DNA of 63,783 nucleotides, counting the filler, from Basidiobolus ranarum (Eukaryota), in the NCBI GenBank assembly GCA_040143965.1. It is 3 parts of 3 records of this genome, joined end to end, with 100 filler letters (N's around TTAATTAATTAA, not from the genome) between each part and the next. Parts side by side here need not be neighbours in the genome. Positions count along the whole stretch, not along the records: positions 1 to 21,226 come from JASJQH010000210.1; 2 more parts are not named here. One strand, given 5' to 3'. A program made the translations under genes and the position numbers. Shown piece by piece: positions 1 to 13,661 of this stretch (within the stretch, counting starts at the first letter, position 1; every line of letters starts with the position of its first letter). Under the pieces are notes generated by a model that was given only the letters and a program-made list of their open reading frames with translations, was not told where the DNA came from and did no database searches.

Positions 1-1525
1 CTTCAACATCCTACATTAGACATTGAAGTAAAGGGCCGAAAGACTTGTCCACTTACCCAGCTATACTTCGGAGTAATTACAATGGACATGGCAGCAAGGA
101 GAAGACCTAAAGAATGTCAGATCAATCTCTAATGCCCTTATAAAGATGTGGGCTACACCAAATTGTCTTAGTGGTCACAATTAAAGAGTAGACATGATTG
201 GTTCGAAGTCAGTTGGAGTGTAGATAAAAGAGGGCATTGCTGGAGGATTCCCCATCTTGTGACGAATGAATTGAATCACATGGCGCAAGAAATATACCAG
301 ATCTGGATGGTTTTTTTCGCTGGGGACCATGAGAGTTAAAGAATATAATCCAGTTGACAGTTGTCATGTCAGAAATAAGACACCTTTCCCTTTAAATTGA
401 TGGCAAAGGCCTTGATAATGAGTGACTATCACGAATGAGTTTCCCACCTATTTTCAATCATGCAAGATGGATATCTGAATTTAACCTTTCTTCGTCTTGG
501 TCAATGAGATCAGGCTCGCTTGATCCTGACCCATATTTCTTATAGATACATTGACCTGTTAACATATGAGCTAATCAGAAAGTGAGATATACCTGGCTCT
601 CCCCTTCTCCATACACCCCTTTCTCTTACCAGACAGAAGACTTGCCATTCTCACGCCCAATGCATCATGAAAATGGAGCCCCCTAGTTCCTAAACATAGG
701 AGAGACTCTTCAAGTGATCCAAAGAGATACGCTGTTTAATATTCGTTTTAACATTTAATTGATTTTCAAGATCTTTCACCATATTTCCTGTCACACAGAC
801 CTCATACGCCCTCGTATCCCGAATCCCCCTCATATAGCTGCTGTCCCTGAAAGATCGGTGAGGAGTATATCAATAACAGTACTGTATCACTTTAAGAGAC
901 ACTGCTAGTGAGGGGAAATAATAGCCTGAAAATGAACTTGTTGATGGAGTTAATATGGAAGAGATCTTCGGCTTGGTTTGATAGTGAGGATGCTTTTACT
1001 CTTTGGAGGTAAAGCGCCGAAATATACCCCGCAATAATTTTGAACTAAGGTTAATTTTAGAATCACACGATTTTGAACCACTAAGGGAACGTACCCGCAG
1101 AGTACAGCTGGTTCAGGTAGTCAAGTTCCAAAGTATGAATTCTATTAGTAATAGAAACTTACAAGTGTTGCTGAAAGCAAACAATTATGCAAGTAATTTA
1201 TTGTTTACTGAATGTAAGACTATTTTCTAAAATAGCCTTTGCCACTGGATAGTTGAGATAATTTACTTCAAATCATCAGCACCTGTGAATATGATCATTA
1301 TTATCTTGGAAGACAACTAGCATAGTGTCTTTGTGAATTCAATAATATTTTGAGATGTGTTGGAACCATATTGAGGAATTTACAGACAGTTTATTATCTT
1401 TCTCTTTATGAAATCAACCAATCAATCGATTTATGTAGATTTACAGACATTAAAGCTCTTCCTGGTCAAGATGGAGGAAGTATGGGATGGAAGTTGAGGA
1501 GTAAGGCCATGTATAAATCACACAC

Positions 1526-2797
1526 TTATTTAGATTTAGCGAAACCCACACGGTGCTTACCAAGATCATAAATGGTGTAGTAGGCTCTAAGGAATACATC
1601 ACCAACAATCCAGAGAGGTCCAGCAGGAGCTGGAATATCCATTCCCATGAATCCAGAAACACATTGATTTTGAACCTTGAGAATATATTGATCAGCAGAT
1701 AAGATGAAAGGTTTGCCGCCAAACGTTAAAGTTAAGCTGGGAAGGCTAGGTATTTTACCACAATCCAAGACGTACTGTCCAGCAAAGTTCTTTTTCGCGC
1801 CAAGCAAGCTGTTGATCAAATCCGCCAAAGCTGAGGGTACAACTAGTAGTGAGCTTCCGGTATCAATAGCTGCTCCAACAGGATCCAACCCGATGTCATC
1901 TTCGCCAAAAGCTACGGATTCTAATTCAACTTCCCAATAGCCTTTACGAGTTACGGGGACCCAATGAATCTTTCCAGAATAATGAGCGGGGTTATACCCA
2001 CCTAAGACAAGTTCACCACCCTGATCTCCAGCCTCGGCATTATTTAACCAGAATGAAAACATTGGCTTATCGATTAGTCGTTTATCCACCATATGGTAGA
2101 ATGGTGGAATCACTCCTTTGACCGAAATAGTATTATACCCCATTCCCATAATACCATCAAATCTACCGAAAGCGAAGGCAAGGCCTGGTTCTTTGACTGA
2201 TTCACCAAAATCACAATTCTCGATAGTAACGTCGCCAACTCGTACTACATCATTGCTGATAATGCCTTCCAAGCTACCACTTCCGTAACGGATAGCAAAC
2301 TCAGTACCGTTGGCTTTGTAGGTAGAACTTTGCTGTGAGTTAAACCGGGTATGGAAGAAACAAGCAATGGAAGAACAATGGGTGGAGGGTACCCATAGAT
2401 TTGAGGAGCCTGTATCGAATACAACCTTGAAGGTTTGTGCAGGAGTACCAATGTTTACCTCACCAAAATATTGGGCATTCATAAAATTGGAGATTGGGAC
2501 ACCATGTTTAGCTTTACCAAATTCGTCCACCGGAATTACAGATTGCTGGTTTTTTTGGTTAACGATACCAAAGTATTTTTGAGCAGCATATTGCCCGGTT
2601 TGGGCATATCTCGAAAGTCTTTGAGCTGGGGTTTCATCTACCTTTTGAATCTTTACACTGCAGAAGGTTTACATGAAAATGATCAGTTTGTATTGTGTAA
2701 TTGAAGTTTGGCTCATAAATACTTACGTTGAAAATGCTGAAGTAACATCAAGAGCAAGAAGAACAGTCACAATGGATTCAAGGGCTGTAAACTTCAT
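1526..2797 (-). CDS. PEP4: Vacuolar aspartic protease (proteinase A / cathepsin D-like), 2 exons (2727-2797, 1526-2657)
   Basis: Two catalytic motifs (FDTGSSNLWVP, IDTGSSLL), plus NAQYFGEV, FDGIMGMGY and WIVGDVFLRAYY. Exon 1 encodes a signal peptide (MKFTALESIVTVLLALDVTSA). GT-AG intron at 2658-2726. Confidence 0.95.
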
Positions 2798-5700
2798 TTG
2801 ATTTGTACTCAAGGTATAGGAAGGAAATAAAAGTAGATTATATTGACAACAGAGTAAGTCTGAGCCTTTGTAGAGGGATGCGGCGGGTTTATATGGAAAA
2901 ACTGAACGATGAGAATGATGTGGACTGTCACAGTAACTGCGTACATAGCGTATAGATTATTATCGAATTGTAAGGGCTCTCCTTGTTGATTAATATACAA
3001 CCTCTGTTAGCTGGTTTGAAAATCTCACCCCTGGTTAAACTGGTTTTAGTTGCAGCTACAAATATGGTCAGCACCAGCAATATTTATTATTCGACCAGGT
3101 GATGCCAATTCCATATTACACATCTTTCATGACAACGCTACAATACAGATCCCATCTATTGGATGCGAATTCGCCTACCATTTACTTTTCCCAGTGTCGT
3201 AGCAATAATGCGAGCAAGTGGAAACGCATGAAGTGACTGCGGGAATATTTGACATAGTTCACTGGAATTGCTTGCTTTATCATGGAGGGTGAATGTCGAG
3301 ACGGGCAGACTCCATCATCAGCATGAAGGGTATAAAGGCGCCACATTTGGTCATTTGATGACTCGTAATCAAACAAATGAGCAATCAAATCACTGCGATC
3401 ATATGGATGTTAACAATTCACTCTTTTAGTCAACGTTTCAGGGAATAATACTTGGTGCTCCCATGCAAATGGTCATGCATTCACGGGTCTATTGCTAAGC
3501 GAATGCAAATGCAGCTTTTAGATTTCTGATACTTTGCAGGATCGCCCAAGCAAACCCAGCCTTTCTGATTAGCATTGTATCGTGAATCGAATATGCCACT
3601 TAGCTCCTTGGTAAATCATATCACATATTTAAGTGAGCTGTATACACGTCATGTGAGACAGTCCAGGAGAGGAAGGTAGCGGATGAATGCTATGTTGATT
3701 TGATCAATGGCAAAGAACTATCCAAAGTTGCTCAGACATTGTATATGTTGAGGGTGTTTGGTACACGGCGTATGACTTTGGTTGATAGATAACGTCATAG
3801 ATAGCCGGCCATTATCGCCAGCTGAACAGAACAAAAGGATGATGCAGTCAGTTTCCCCTATATCTCTGATATAATCTACAAATCCGCACTAATGCTTGAC
3901 CGGTTTGTCGCATAGGCAATATCGAACATGTTTCAGGTGGAATAATACAAAGCAACCCTTTTAATCACTTCATTATAAGCTTAATGCCCCCAGTTCATCT
4001 GCTCATATATTCACCAAAATAGGCAACTCTGCTCGTTAGCGGTCTCTCATCCATTCTGACCACATGTGAGCAAGCACTGGTAAAGAACTCACTTCTCCCC
4101 AGCATCCCACTCCTCGCCTGTATCTTCTGGCTTATCCTTCCTCGCTTAAGTGTGCCTTCATTGGGTTTCAGTCATCATTTGGATAACAGTCATGTGTAAC
4201 CATGGTCCTGCTTAGACACATCATTGATAGTGGCGGCCAGCAAGTACGCTCCGGATATAGTATAAAAGTAGTATATCAATTTTACGCAATCTCGTGAGCG
4301 ATATCTGTTGCTGGAATTAAAGCGAATTAGGCTGCGCGTTCTTTTTGTGAAGGAAGGGGATGAACAATTGATCAATAGAGTAGGGAAATCCATGGATTGA
4401 AAACAGATATTTGAGCAGCTAAATACCATCTGAAGCATATAAGAATAATCTAGCAACTTCAAAGTAGCTTCAAGATGGATTGAACACTCATTTTGATCTA
4501 GTAGGGCTTTGCAACTTTGTTTACTTGTTACATACCAGGTATACTGAATGAATGCATCAAATCCAGACTGATTGCAAACTTTACTTACCTACATTGACAA
4601 ACTATTCATGATTTGTGTGATATCTCTTTGAGCGGTGGACTAATCACTTTTGTATACACTAACTCCCCAGTTTTGCATGTCAAATAGAGTAGAAACCCTG
4701 CTCTCTTCGTTTCTTTTTGGAAGAGCCTGTGGAATATCATTGTCAGACTCAATCTATTCTCGAGTGCTTGATTTATAGTTTGCATATCCAAATGATGCAA
4801 TATACACCTCCGCAGTTTGCTTAAATAGTGATATCTTCATAAAAAATTGCAATAGATGCAATCAATGTATAAATGCTATCAGCTTATAAAATGGGCTCTA
4901 ACATGTGTGTGCATCATATAGTTGATATTTCAGTAGCCCGCACCATGCTATATATAATTTTCTTTTGTATACTTGACTATTGTCCATCTTGAATCAATTT
5001 AAAATATACACTGTTCAAATACCTATACGATTAGTACTACTCACATAAAAAATAGCTTGGTCAAATACAAGATTGCTGCCTCTCTTATTGCCATGTCTAC
5101 TTCTTGTTGTTGGTTCGGCTTTTGTTCCTTCATCAGCGTTATTATAAGCGTTTAGTGTTGATTTTAGAACCGAGTTTGGTTATTTTCAATCAATTGGCGA
5201 TGTTGTTCTTGGGTTTGAGTAAATGTTCAAGGTATCAGTATTATCTATTATCCTTTGAGTATACTAGGAAACATTCAATTTTTGTTTTAGAGTGATTTCT
5301 GCATTGAAGGAGTTCTACGGCATTATATGAACTTCATTTAGTATATCGACTTTGCCCTCCTGATAGACGATCTATCAATATTTTTACCGAGTCGATGGAA
5401 TTGGTTTTGCATATGGTTCAATACGCGTCATTAAGGCTGTATTTTATTTTTCTACGAAACAAAAATATACACTAGTGAAAAGTATCCCTTCAGGCGGGGA
5501 CAAGTTATGCACAATAGCCATGAGAACCATGCTAGTCACGTGCTAAGAGTTTTTTATATGCATGCTAAGTGTTAGGGTTAGGGTAATATAATAAATTAGA
5601 TAAGCTATGTTGATTAACTCTACACGAGAGTAATACTTGCGTTCTGAAGAGAGACCAAGGTCACAATGCTCATGCTCCAGAGATTAGTGGTGTTCTCTTG

Positions 5701-6358
5701 CCTATGTGCAGGAGTTGACCTCTCATGGGAGGGAGGGTTTCTTTGATATTATTGTTGAACAGAATGCTGAACGTGAACAGGAATATGATGTCAAGTGGGG
5801 ACATGAACCTCAATTACCACTTCAGGTAATGTCCCTATCCTATTAATATGCCAGGTGATCCGGAAGTCTAAAACTCTAAAATGGATTCTATATTATTCAA
5901 TTCGTGCTGTAGCACAACAAAGCAGTTGGCATTTCATCCCGCTAATAGCTGTTCATTATAAAGATATACGAATTTGCTGTTAAAATAGCTCATAATATTA
6001 ACCTGTGGTCTCGCTATCATGGGAAAATAATGGCCTGACAGATTGAGTGATTCGTCGGCTCAATTGTTCTAGTATTCTTCAAAAATATCGACTTTTCTGC
6101 ACAATAGTCCCATTGGAAAGGGGATAGGGGAAAGCTGTCACTTGGAACGTCAAAAATGAATCTAGATTCCGGTGAATTTTTTCCAAAGGCATTGTTTATT
6201 GTGCTTAGTTTAGATGGTATTTCTCTGCCCTATTTTGTCTTCATGATAATCCTATGAATATTCTAAATTCCCTCGAGTACCTGAATTACATCAATTTCCC
6301 ATCCTATACCTTCCTCCACACACAGATATACACAAGTTCTATTAGCTTGAGGTGAACG

Positions 6359-6934
6359 ATGAACTGCTTGAGAAATAGAACCTTTTCCTTGGTGAAGAAT
6401 ATATCTTGTAAGGGTGAGTGTTGCGTGATCCTTTTCTTCTCTACCAGTCTTACTAATTGTGCTGTTGTCCTGGCTGAAACTGAATAAATAGCTACCACCA
6501 AGAGTTTCTCTTCACTTAATATAGGTATACTTTGCATTTTCCAAAGTTCTTGTGTTTCAAAGTTAGCAAAACCCTAAACATTTTTATCCTTATATATATT
6601 CTTTTCAACTCCAAAAGCGCATAAGCAGTACTTGGTCATCGCGAAAGATTTCATCGATGCAGAAGCCATCTCTCGGCGTCTGGCTACTCGAGAAACACAT
6701 TTGGACCGTTGTAGGGATTTGCACAAACAAAACAAAATACTGGTAGTCGGTGCATTACGCTCTGATGACAGCGACTATGGAAAAATGTTAGGTTCGTGTC
6801 ATATCTACGAAGCGAAAAATGTAGAAGAGGTCAAAAAGATCATTAGTCAAGACCCCTATATCGATGCCAGAGTATGGGAAGACGTAAAGATTATTCCTCT
6901 CAAGTTAGTCAGTCTTTCTGAGGGAGCTCAATGA
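6359..6934 (+). CDS. YCII-domain protein (paralogue A), 3 exons, with a putative mitochondrial presequence
   Basis: QYLVIAKD...RRLATRETHL...GKMLGSCHIYEA...DPY is the YciI/YCII pattern. Two short upstream exons join in phase via GT-AG introns, giving MNCLRNRTFSLVKNISCKATTKSFSSLNIAHKQYLVIAKDF. Confidence 0.8.
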
Positions 6935-7373
6935 TACGTAGGTTGTGTGTACTTGATCACTTCATGCTACAGGTGAGTAACTCATCTACACTTAATCCCA
7001 TTTCATATCTTACAAGCCATGTTGAATAAGCCAGATTTTGAATGGCCCCCATATATTTCACTAGACTTACTCTCTTTATCTTACACTAAATGTCTGGAAG
7101 ATATCAAAATACCATTTTTTACTCTTTGACAGCATGTTTCTTTCATTCGATCATTTCGGAGGATATATTCTACTTTGTCGCTTAGACGAGCCTTTCACAC
7201 TTGCTTGTGAATGTTTTCTAATAAACGTGGTATCTCGCACAATTTAGGAGTTGAATTTTGTTAGATATTATGAGAACCAAGACTCACGTTCCTTTTACAT
7301 CCATACAAAGTTTATTTAAAAATGGCTAGAAGGATGTGCAAGTAGATATTAACTGGCAGTACAACAAAGAGAA

Positions 7374-7913
7374 TCAAGCCTTGAAAGGTAACGCCAACTT
7401 TAAAGGATAAATATCGATCTTGTCCCAAACTTTCCCTTTGATATATGGATCCTTGGCTATCATTTTTTTGACTGCTTCGGAGTTCTCAGCTTCGTAAACC
7501 AGGCAGGATCCTATCATCTTACCGTTCTCACCTTCTTCAGAAAATATTGCCCCACCAGCCAAGATGGTATCAACTGAATAGAGCTCGCGTGCGTTATCCA
7601 GGTGCTCCTCTCTGCTTGCCATACGGCGTGACAAAGCCTCTTTATCGGAAAAATCCTTAGCAATGACCAGGAATTGGCGAGAGGCTAATTGAGAAAATAG
7701 TCAAAATGCTAACGCCCATAAATCATAGAGGAACATAAAGAAAACATCTTACTGGGTGTGCAGGAAGATAGACCCCTTTTGGGTGCAAGTATGCCTACAA
7801 TTCATAATGCTTAGTTATTGAATACGATGCGAAGTAGTGTTGCAAGAAGAATTGGTTCGTAAACGGTTCTCACCCAGATGTTTAATGCTTTGTTTCAAAC
7901 CGGCGAAGGACAT
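7374..7913 (-). CDS. YCII-domain protein (paralogue B), 3 exons, with a putative mitochondrial presequence
   Basis: QFLVIAKDFSDKEALSRRMASREEHL...GGAI...GKMIGSCLVYEA...DPY. Spliced N-terminus MSFAGLKQSIKHLGILAPKRGLSSCTPTSR via two phase-1 GT-AG introns. Confidence 0.85.
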
Positions 7914-8960
7914 TCTTCAAGAGAGTTTAGTGGAGTGTAAAGATGACGATAGTGAAATACAGAGTTTGAGGCTGAGGTTTAAAAAAGGGGATGTATTTGT
8001 GAAGGACTACAAAAATCCAAATACCTGTGGGAAAGTTTCCCTGGGAAAGTAATCTCTATGAGATCATGCCTTTCATATCTACCATTACCTCAGGTCCATG
8101 ATGGGAAATATACCCACTCATTTCGTTTTACTTGAGTCAAATCCTCATGGCTATCCGAGCCAATGAGTAATCAACGGGTATCTTTATTCTAGAGATCGTT
8201 TGTGTGGCTCATGCTTTCCACCATTATTCCTATTGCAGCCACTGGGTCGTCGTTCTTGAACGTCACCACCAGGGATGGCTTGTAAAAGAGTGGGCATGCA
8301 ATCATGCTCAGCACTCACGATTTAATCTAAAAATAGCACCTACCTCAGTGATCAGTCTGTGTACAACCTGACCACGTGTTGGCAATATTGCCAAAGGAGA
8401 GCATAATTGAGAGCCTAGCAGTATTTTGTAAGTACGATTCCTGTACTTGGCCAGATAAATACAATTGGCTTCCGCTAGAACAGCATCTGGGCTACAATAT
8501 GAAACACCACTCAGAGCTGTGCCACAAGCACTTTCCCAAGTGGGTATTTTGTGAATGTTGCTTTCTCCAAGATACAGGCGCTTTAAACAATCAATTGCAA
8601 GAGATTGCTTAGAAGCGTATGACAGCGGTGAGCTGATTCTATAATCGCACATTCTGCAAATACATCCAGGAATTATAGGGATTTTCTGGTGCTGTGAGGC
8701 TGCATCAGGCTAAGGAAATTGATCTACTTGCGTTGCGTTCCTATCAATTTTAACGAAAAACTAGAAAAAAACCAAGACTTTTGATTTGCGATATTAAATT
8801 GAGCTGGAAAGGGATATAATCAATTTTTCTTGACATCGGAGCACATTCTATCTCATCGATCATTCCATCCATAATATCCACTCTGAGTCCTAATAGCAAG
8901 TCAACATATACATTCCTTCTAAACAATCAACTCCTCTGAGATCCTTCGTTCCTTGCCGAC

Positions 8961-9685
8961 ATGAGGAAGAAATATAAGACAAAGTTCCCCGTGGTAAAAC
9001 AAAGCTCTTCTCACATCCTTTTTTCAAAAAGTCATCCAATGCAAACGTTTTAATATTCCATCTGTTGTTTTTAGGCGCGCATCAAGAAGATTATGCAAAT
9101 GGACGAGGATGTGGGGAAAATGGCTCAAGCTACTCCAGTTTTAATATGTAAGATTCATTTACTTCCGATCAAGTATACTATTGCTTCCTTTACTTTTTCA
9201 CTTACTTTTGATATTTTGCTCAGCCAAGGCCTTGGAACTTTTCATGCAATCTCTCATTGACGAGGCTTGTAGTGAAACACGCTCTCGAAACGCTAAAAGA
9301 CTTTCTGTCGCTCATTTGTAATTGCACTTTTGTATTGAATAACCCTTCACTTTCGTTATCAATCTAAACTCGAATTACTGAATAGGAAAAAGTGCGTCTT
9401 GAACACTGAACAATTCGATTTCTTGCGTGATGTGGTGGCCAATGTACCAGATCCTTCAGAGAAAGTCGAAGGTGATATTGAGTCGGTACCAACTCCACGT
9501 GAAGACTCTCCCAAACCAGAGCGAAGTAGCTCGGGCCGGGGTCGCGGTAGGGGACGTGGTAGAGGTAGAGGTCGTCGACGGTAAGTACCTAAATTCCTCT
9601 TGAATCAGCCAAATCATCAGCATTTGTTCCTCTCTAATCAACAATCTTTATTTCGCATAGGAAAACAAATGAGGAATCCGATTAA
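8961..9685 (+). CDS. BUR6: Negative cofactor 2 alpha subunit (Bur6/DRAP1 histone-fold protein), 5 exons, RG-rich tail
   Basis: The spliced translation [51 protein letters not shown]...HLKKCVLNTEQFDFLRDVV matches the NC2-alpha histone fold. Four GT-AG introns; ends GRGRGRRRKTNEESD*. Confidence 0.92.
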
Positions 9686-12600
9686 ACTTAGATATACATT
9701 AAGCTGGTCTCTTTTCTTGACAGTTAGTTTGAACGCAATATGTTGATTTGGTATTTTAGATTTATTTGAAGTAGAGATTGGTTCCCTCTCACTTCCAATC
9801 CTCCTTCACCTCTCGTCTTAACGTCGGAGGTTTGTGCATATTTGTTTCACCCCCATCTCAAAGTATGTGTTTTAGCCGTTTCTTTAGTATTCTGATAAAC
9901 TTCCAGTCCGACTTACCACTAAGGATCATGTTAATAAGACGTGATGCTTTTTCATGTATTATCGAAGAATCTCACCTTTCCTCACCCTCCCGCACCTTTT
10001 CTTACGCCGAGAATATGTAAACCTTTTTTATACTTCATTTGCCTCTCACTCTACTTTTATTATACTTCACGCTCTATTGAGTCAGAAAATAAAGATTAAC
10101 CTTTGCCATCCCTTTTCTCAATCCCAAATCTACTGACCATATTATCAACGAAAAAAATTTCCTTACTTTTTGGGCAATCTTTTCTTTTCCCCTCCCCCAG
10201 ACGCAATGAGTTCATGCCCGGAAAAGTTATTGCGACAAAATCAATCCTGATTTGGTGAATAACTGGAAAGCGGGGGAGATCATGGAGTGAGCGTTGTTTT
10301 CCAATGAGATTTTCTGAGGAATGCGAGGTCTTTACAAAAGTTCAATCCGAGTGTTTCAGGGAGCGATGTCTTTGACAACCCTCTAATCCTTCAATAATGG
10401 CGAACAAAACGATCATTGGATCAGTCCACAGATGGATTAGAGACCTGGTGTTTGATTGCTAATCTAATTCCTCTTTCTTCTTTCTTAATATCCCTGGTTA
10501 TTGTACAGGGTACCCCACAAGGGTAGATCATAGCAATTGCTGAGTTTTATTACTGGAAACTAGAAACTCATGTACTTAGCTGCTATGTATATAGATAGAT
10601 AGATGGGCGCATTTCCATACTATCGAGCTATTGAAATCATTCAAGTGAGATACATCTTCGGGTAGACGCTACTTGAGTAGCAGTTTAGTAATTATACAAA
10701 TACCGAGTCCATTTGATACTTGCGCAATTCCTTATTAAAGCGGATCTACCACAAGTTGTTCCTATACCACTGGGCTAGAAATGGGTGAGCCTGGAGTTGG
10801 GATACAGTATTTGAAATGAACAGCTCTTCAGCATCTACAAATTGAAGTCTCGAAAGTACTTTGTGCTAGTGATATACATCTCCCCGTACCTCTTCTATGA
10901 TGAGCGCAGTGATGGGTATAACGCCTGCTAGGAATTTTAACATGATAAATTTAATCCATCAATAGTTAGCGAGAAAATTATACCCAGCATGTATTGTATG
11001 AAACGTGTATTATTGTGAAGGAAGTATAAAGATTGTTGCTAGCCAATGCCAAATTGGTGCTATTAGTGCTTGAGAATGCATATAATAGGCTTGTTCGATC
11101 CGATGCAATACTGTTCACAAAGAGAAGAATTGTAAGCTAATTGATGAACTGACCATAAATTCTCAGTAATATCAACATATTATACCAAACAATAACCCTC
11201 TAAAATCATTAGAGTTAGTATACGGAAATGCCTCATACGAGTGCGGGTTCTCGTCTTGCAAAGGTAAGCTCACTCTGCCTTATTTTTCTCAATTAATTAC
11301 TCGGTGTTAAGTTTAGTTATCGAGGCCTTTTAAAAGAGAAGTACAAGTTGGTTTTGAAACATTTTAAGTATCTTATGCTGGGCTCCTTAAAGCATTTAAG
11401 CAACTCGATAATCGAAAGTATTATTCAAGCTAAATTAAGGTTTATGGCAATAGAAAACAACAATCAAACTGTAAACGTTTCTTTACACCCGACATAAGAA
11501 AAAGTAAGGGATACATTTTATTTTCGTGGCGGGTTAGCATTTAATTATAGTGAGTGGCTTCCGGCTCCTTAAAATATGAAAGTAGATATGGACGGTTATT
11601 TGGTGGGATTGCGTTATACTCAACTACACTATAGTAAAGATGAAAATCCAGTCGTGTGGATAGTCATGAGCTCTCGAACTATACATTAGTGCTATATACC
11701 CTAGGTAAATCTTCCTCAAAGATTGGATAGTAGAGCTAATTATCCCAGAATAGAGTACAAGTTTCAATATTCAAGATTGATAGTTGAACTCGAATCAGAC
11801 CATCCAACTGTAACGGTAAATGCCACGCCATACACAAACGTATTCACCAATGCCAATATTCCGGTACAATCTCTGCTTCAATTAAGGGATTCTCTCAAGC
11901 ATGCCTTGAAATAAGATGGTATCTTGAGGTTTGTTGGATTAAAAATCATATAAATTTAAAGCAGGAAATTAATTTGTTGAAAATCATTTCTCCTGAATAC
12001 TAGCCGTACTTTTCTAGCTAAAATATTTCAACCAACATTCCGTATTTTTCTATTTCCCTTGAGATTTTCGTCCATCACAAGCTAGGATATTCATGGTGCC
12101 ACATGAGATATCATGTTCCTGTTTGATATATTCCAATCTTATTGCGGACGAGTACCTGATTGAGAGATTTAATTTTTTTTTATCGACTGATGATCATTCA
12201 TATTACATATAAACAAATCTCCAGATTCTTTCGGAAAAATATTATCCCAACCCCATCAAACCTATACTACAATGAGTAGTGAGAGTAGCGTGGTACTCGC
12301 CACTAGTGGGGTTGCCATCAATAGTATTCTAACAAGATGAGTTCAAATAAACTTTGAATTAATAGAAACATGGCGTATATTCTGAAGTTAAACTGGTTTG
12401 CTGAAGTGCACAGAACTACAACTTCTAGCGCTTACACTTTGAGCGAGTAAGGATTGACGAGAGTGACATTCGTCAACCAGATAGGACATACATGTGGATC
12501 AAATCGTGCAACCTTGTCCCAACGAACTGGCTTGGTGAAAATCCATTCACCAATACCTGGAATTCGCTTCAGCACGAGACATAATATGTATCTGGTAAAA

Positions 12601-13661
12601 AACTTTGTTCTACAGGTGCCCACTTCTCTCACGAAACCAGGCTTAAATAACTGGCTTCATAGAAACTCTAACTGACCATTCAGAAATCAAATCAAGAGCA
12701 CACTTCTACGAACAACTCTGTGTTGGGTGCTACCTCATTAGTTTTAAACTTGAATTGTACACCGAAGGTCAACATGTATCGTGTTTAACCACTCCGAACA
12801 ATAACGGATATCAGAGATAACTAAGTTTTTGTTAAAATTATCTGCGAAATCTAATCAATGCTCCGAGATGTGGTGTTACCGTATTGTAACAGCGTAGTGC
12901 TTATTTAAGGATCTTATTTCAATTCTCAAAATACCACTAGAGTTAGTTTTCTCTAACCAAGCAACACTGAAGGACTAACAGAAAATATTGTGTGCTTGGT
13001 ACATAGAAATCAGTATTCGAAGCACATATTAATCAAATATGTACTAGTTCTCGTAGTGATCTCTGCCTAAATATAGCAAAAATAATCATCTTTACATCTG
13101 AGCGTGATACATTGTATCAGGCTTTGTTGCTTTCAGATGTGGAGAACAGGAATAGTGCTTATTCAATATTGTATATATCTTTATGTGTTTTCTTTCTAAA
13201 CCTTAATATCTGTTCAGTGTTAGAGGCAGTTATATTTGTGCAACATCAAGAATCTTATCCCATTTAGAATTCAACTAGCGTTTTGGAATATCGGTTCGCT
13301 CTTTTCACCCCTTTTGAATAAATGCTTTAATGTGAACTCTGGGATAAGGGTGAAAATTTGGACAGGCTCATGCGTAACTATCAAAGACGTGATAAATTGC
13401 TAATATGGAAATTTAAGGAAATTGGATTGCAAGAGAAAAGTGCCCAGTTAGGGTTGGAGCTAAGGCTTCTATCATAGGTGTGACCATGATGCGAAATGGT
13501 TTGCTATGGAGAGATGCCATTACAGATTTCACCAAAAATGATTCAATACATCAGTTACTGGTTTAAATATCAATGTTGACTTACCCCTTGTAGTTTAGTA
13601 TAAATAACGGATGACTTGCCACTAAGGTTCAGTATCTAAAGTGTTTTAGATTTAACGTTAA

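Noticed and set aside
51-650. Possible minus-strand exons at the window start (e.g. MSIVITPKYSW followed by GTAAGT)
   Set aside because: Splice-like signals are present but I could not assemble a coherent, recognisable protein, and the region is cut off by the window edge.
5050-5460. Biased-composition tract resembling a decayed transposase on the minus strand
   Set aside because: Many stops and no motif I can assign with confidence.
8308-8652. Overlapping 114-aa and 78-aa ORFs between YCII-B and NC2-alpha
   Set aside because: No recognisable domain; located in a divergent promoter region; probably chance or a decayed repeat.
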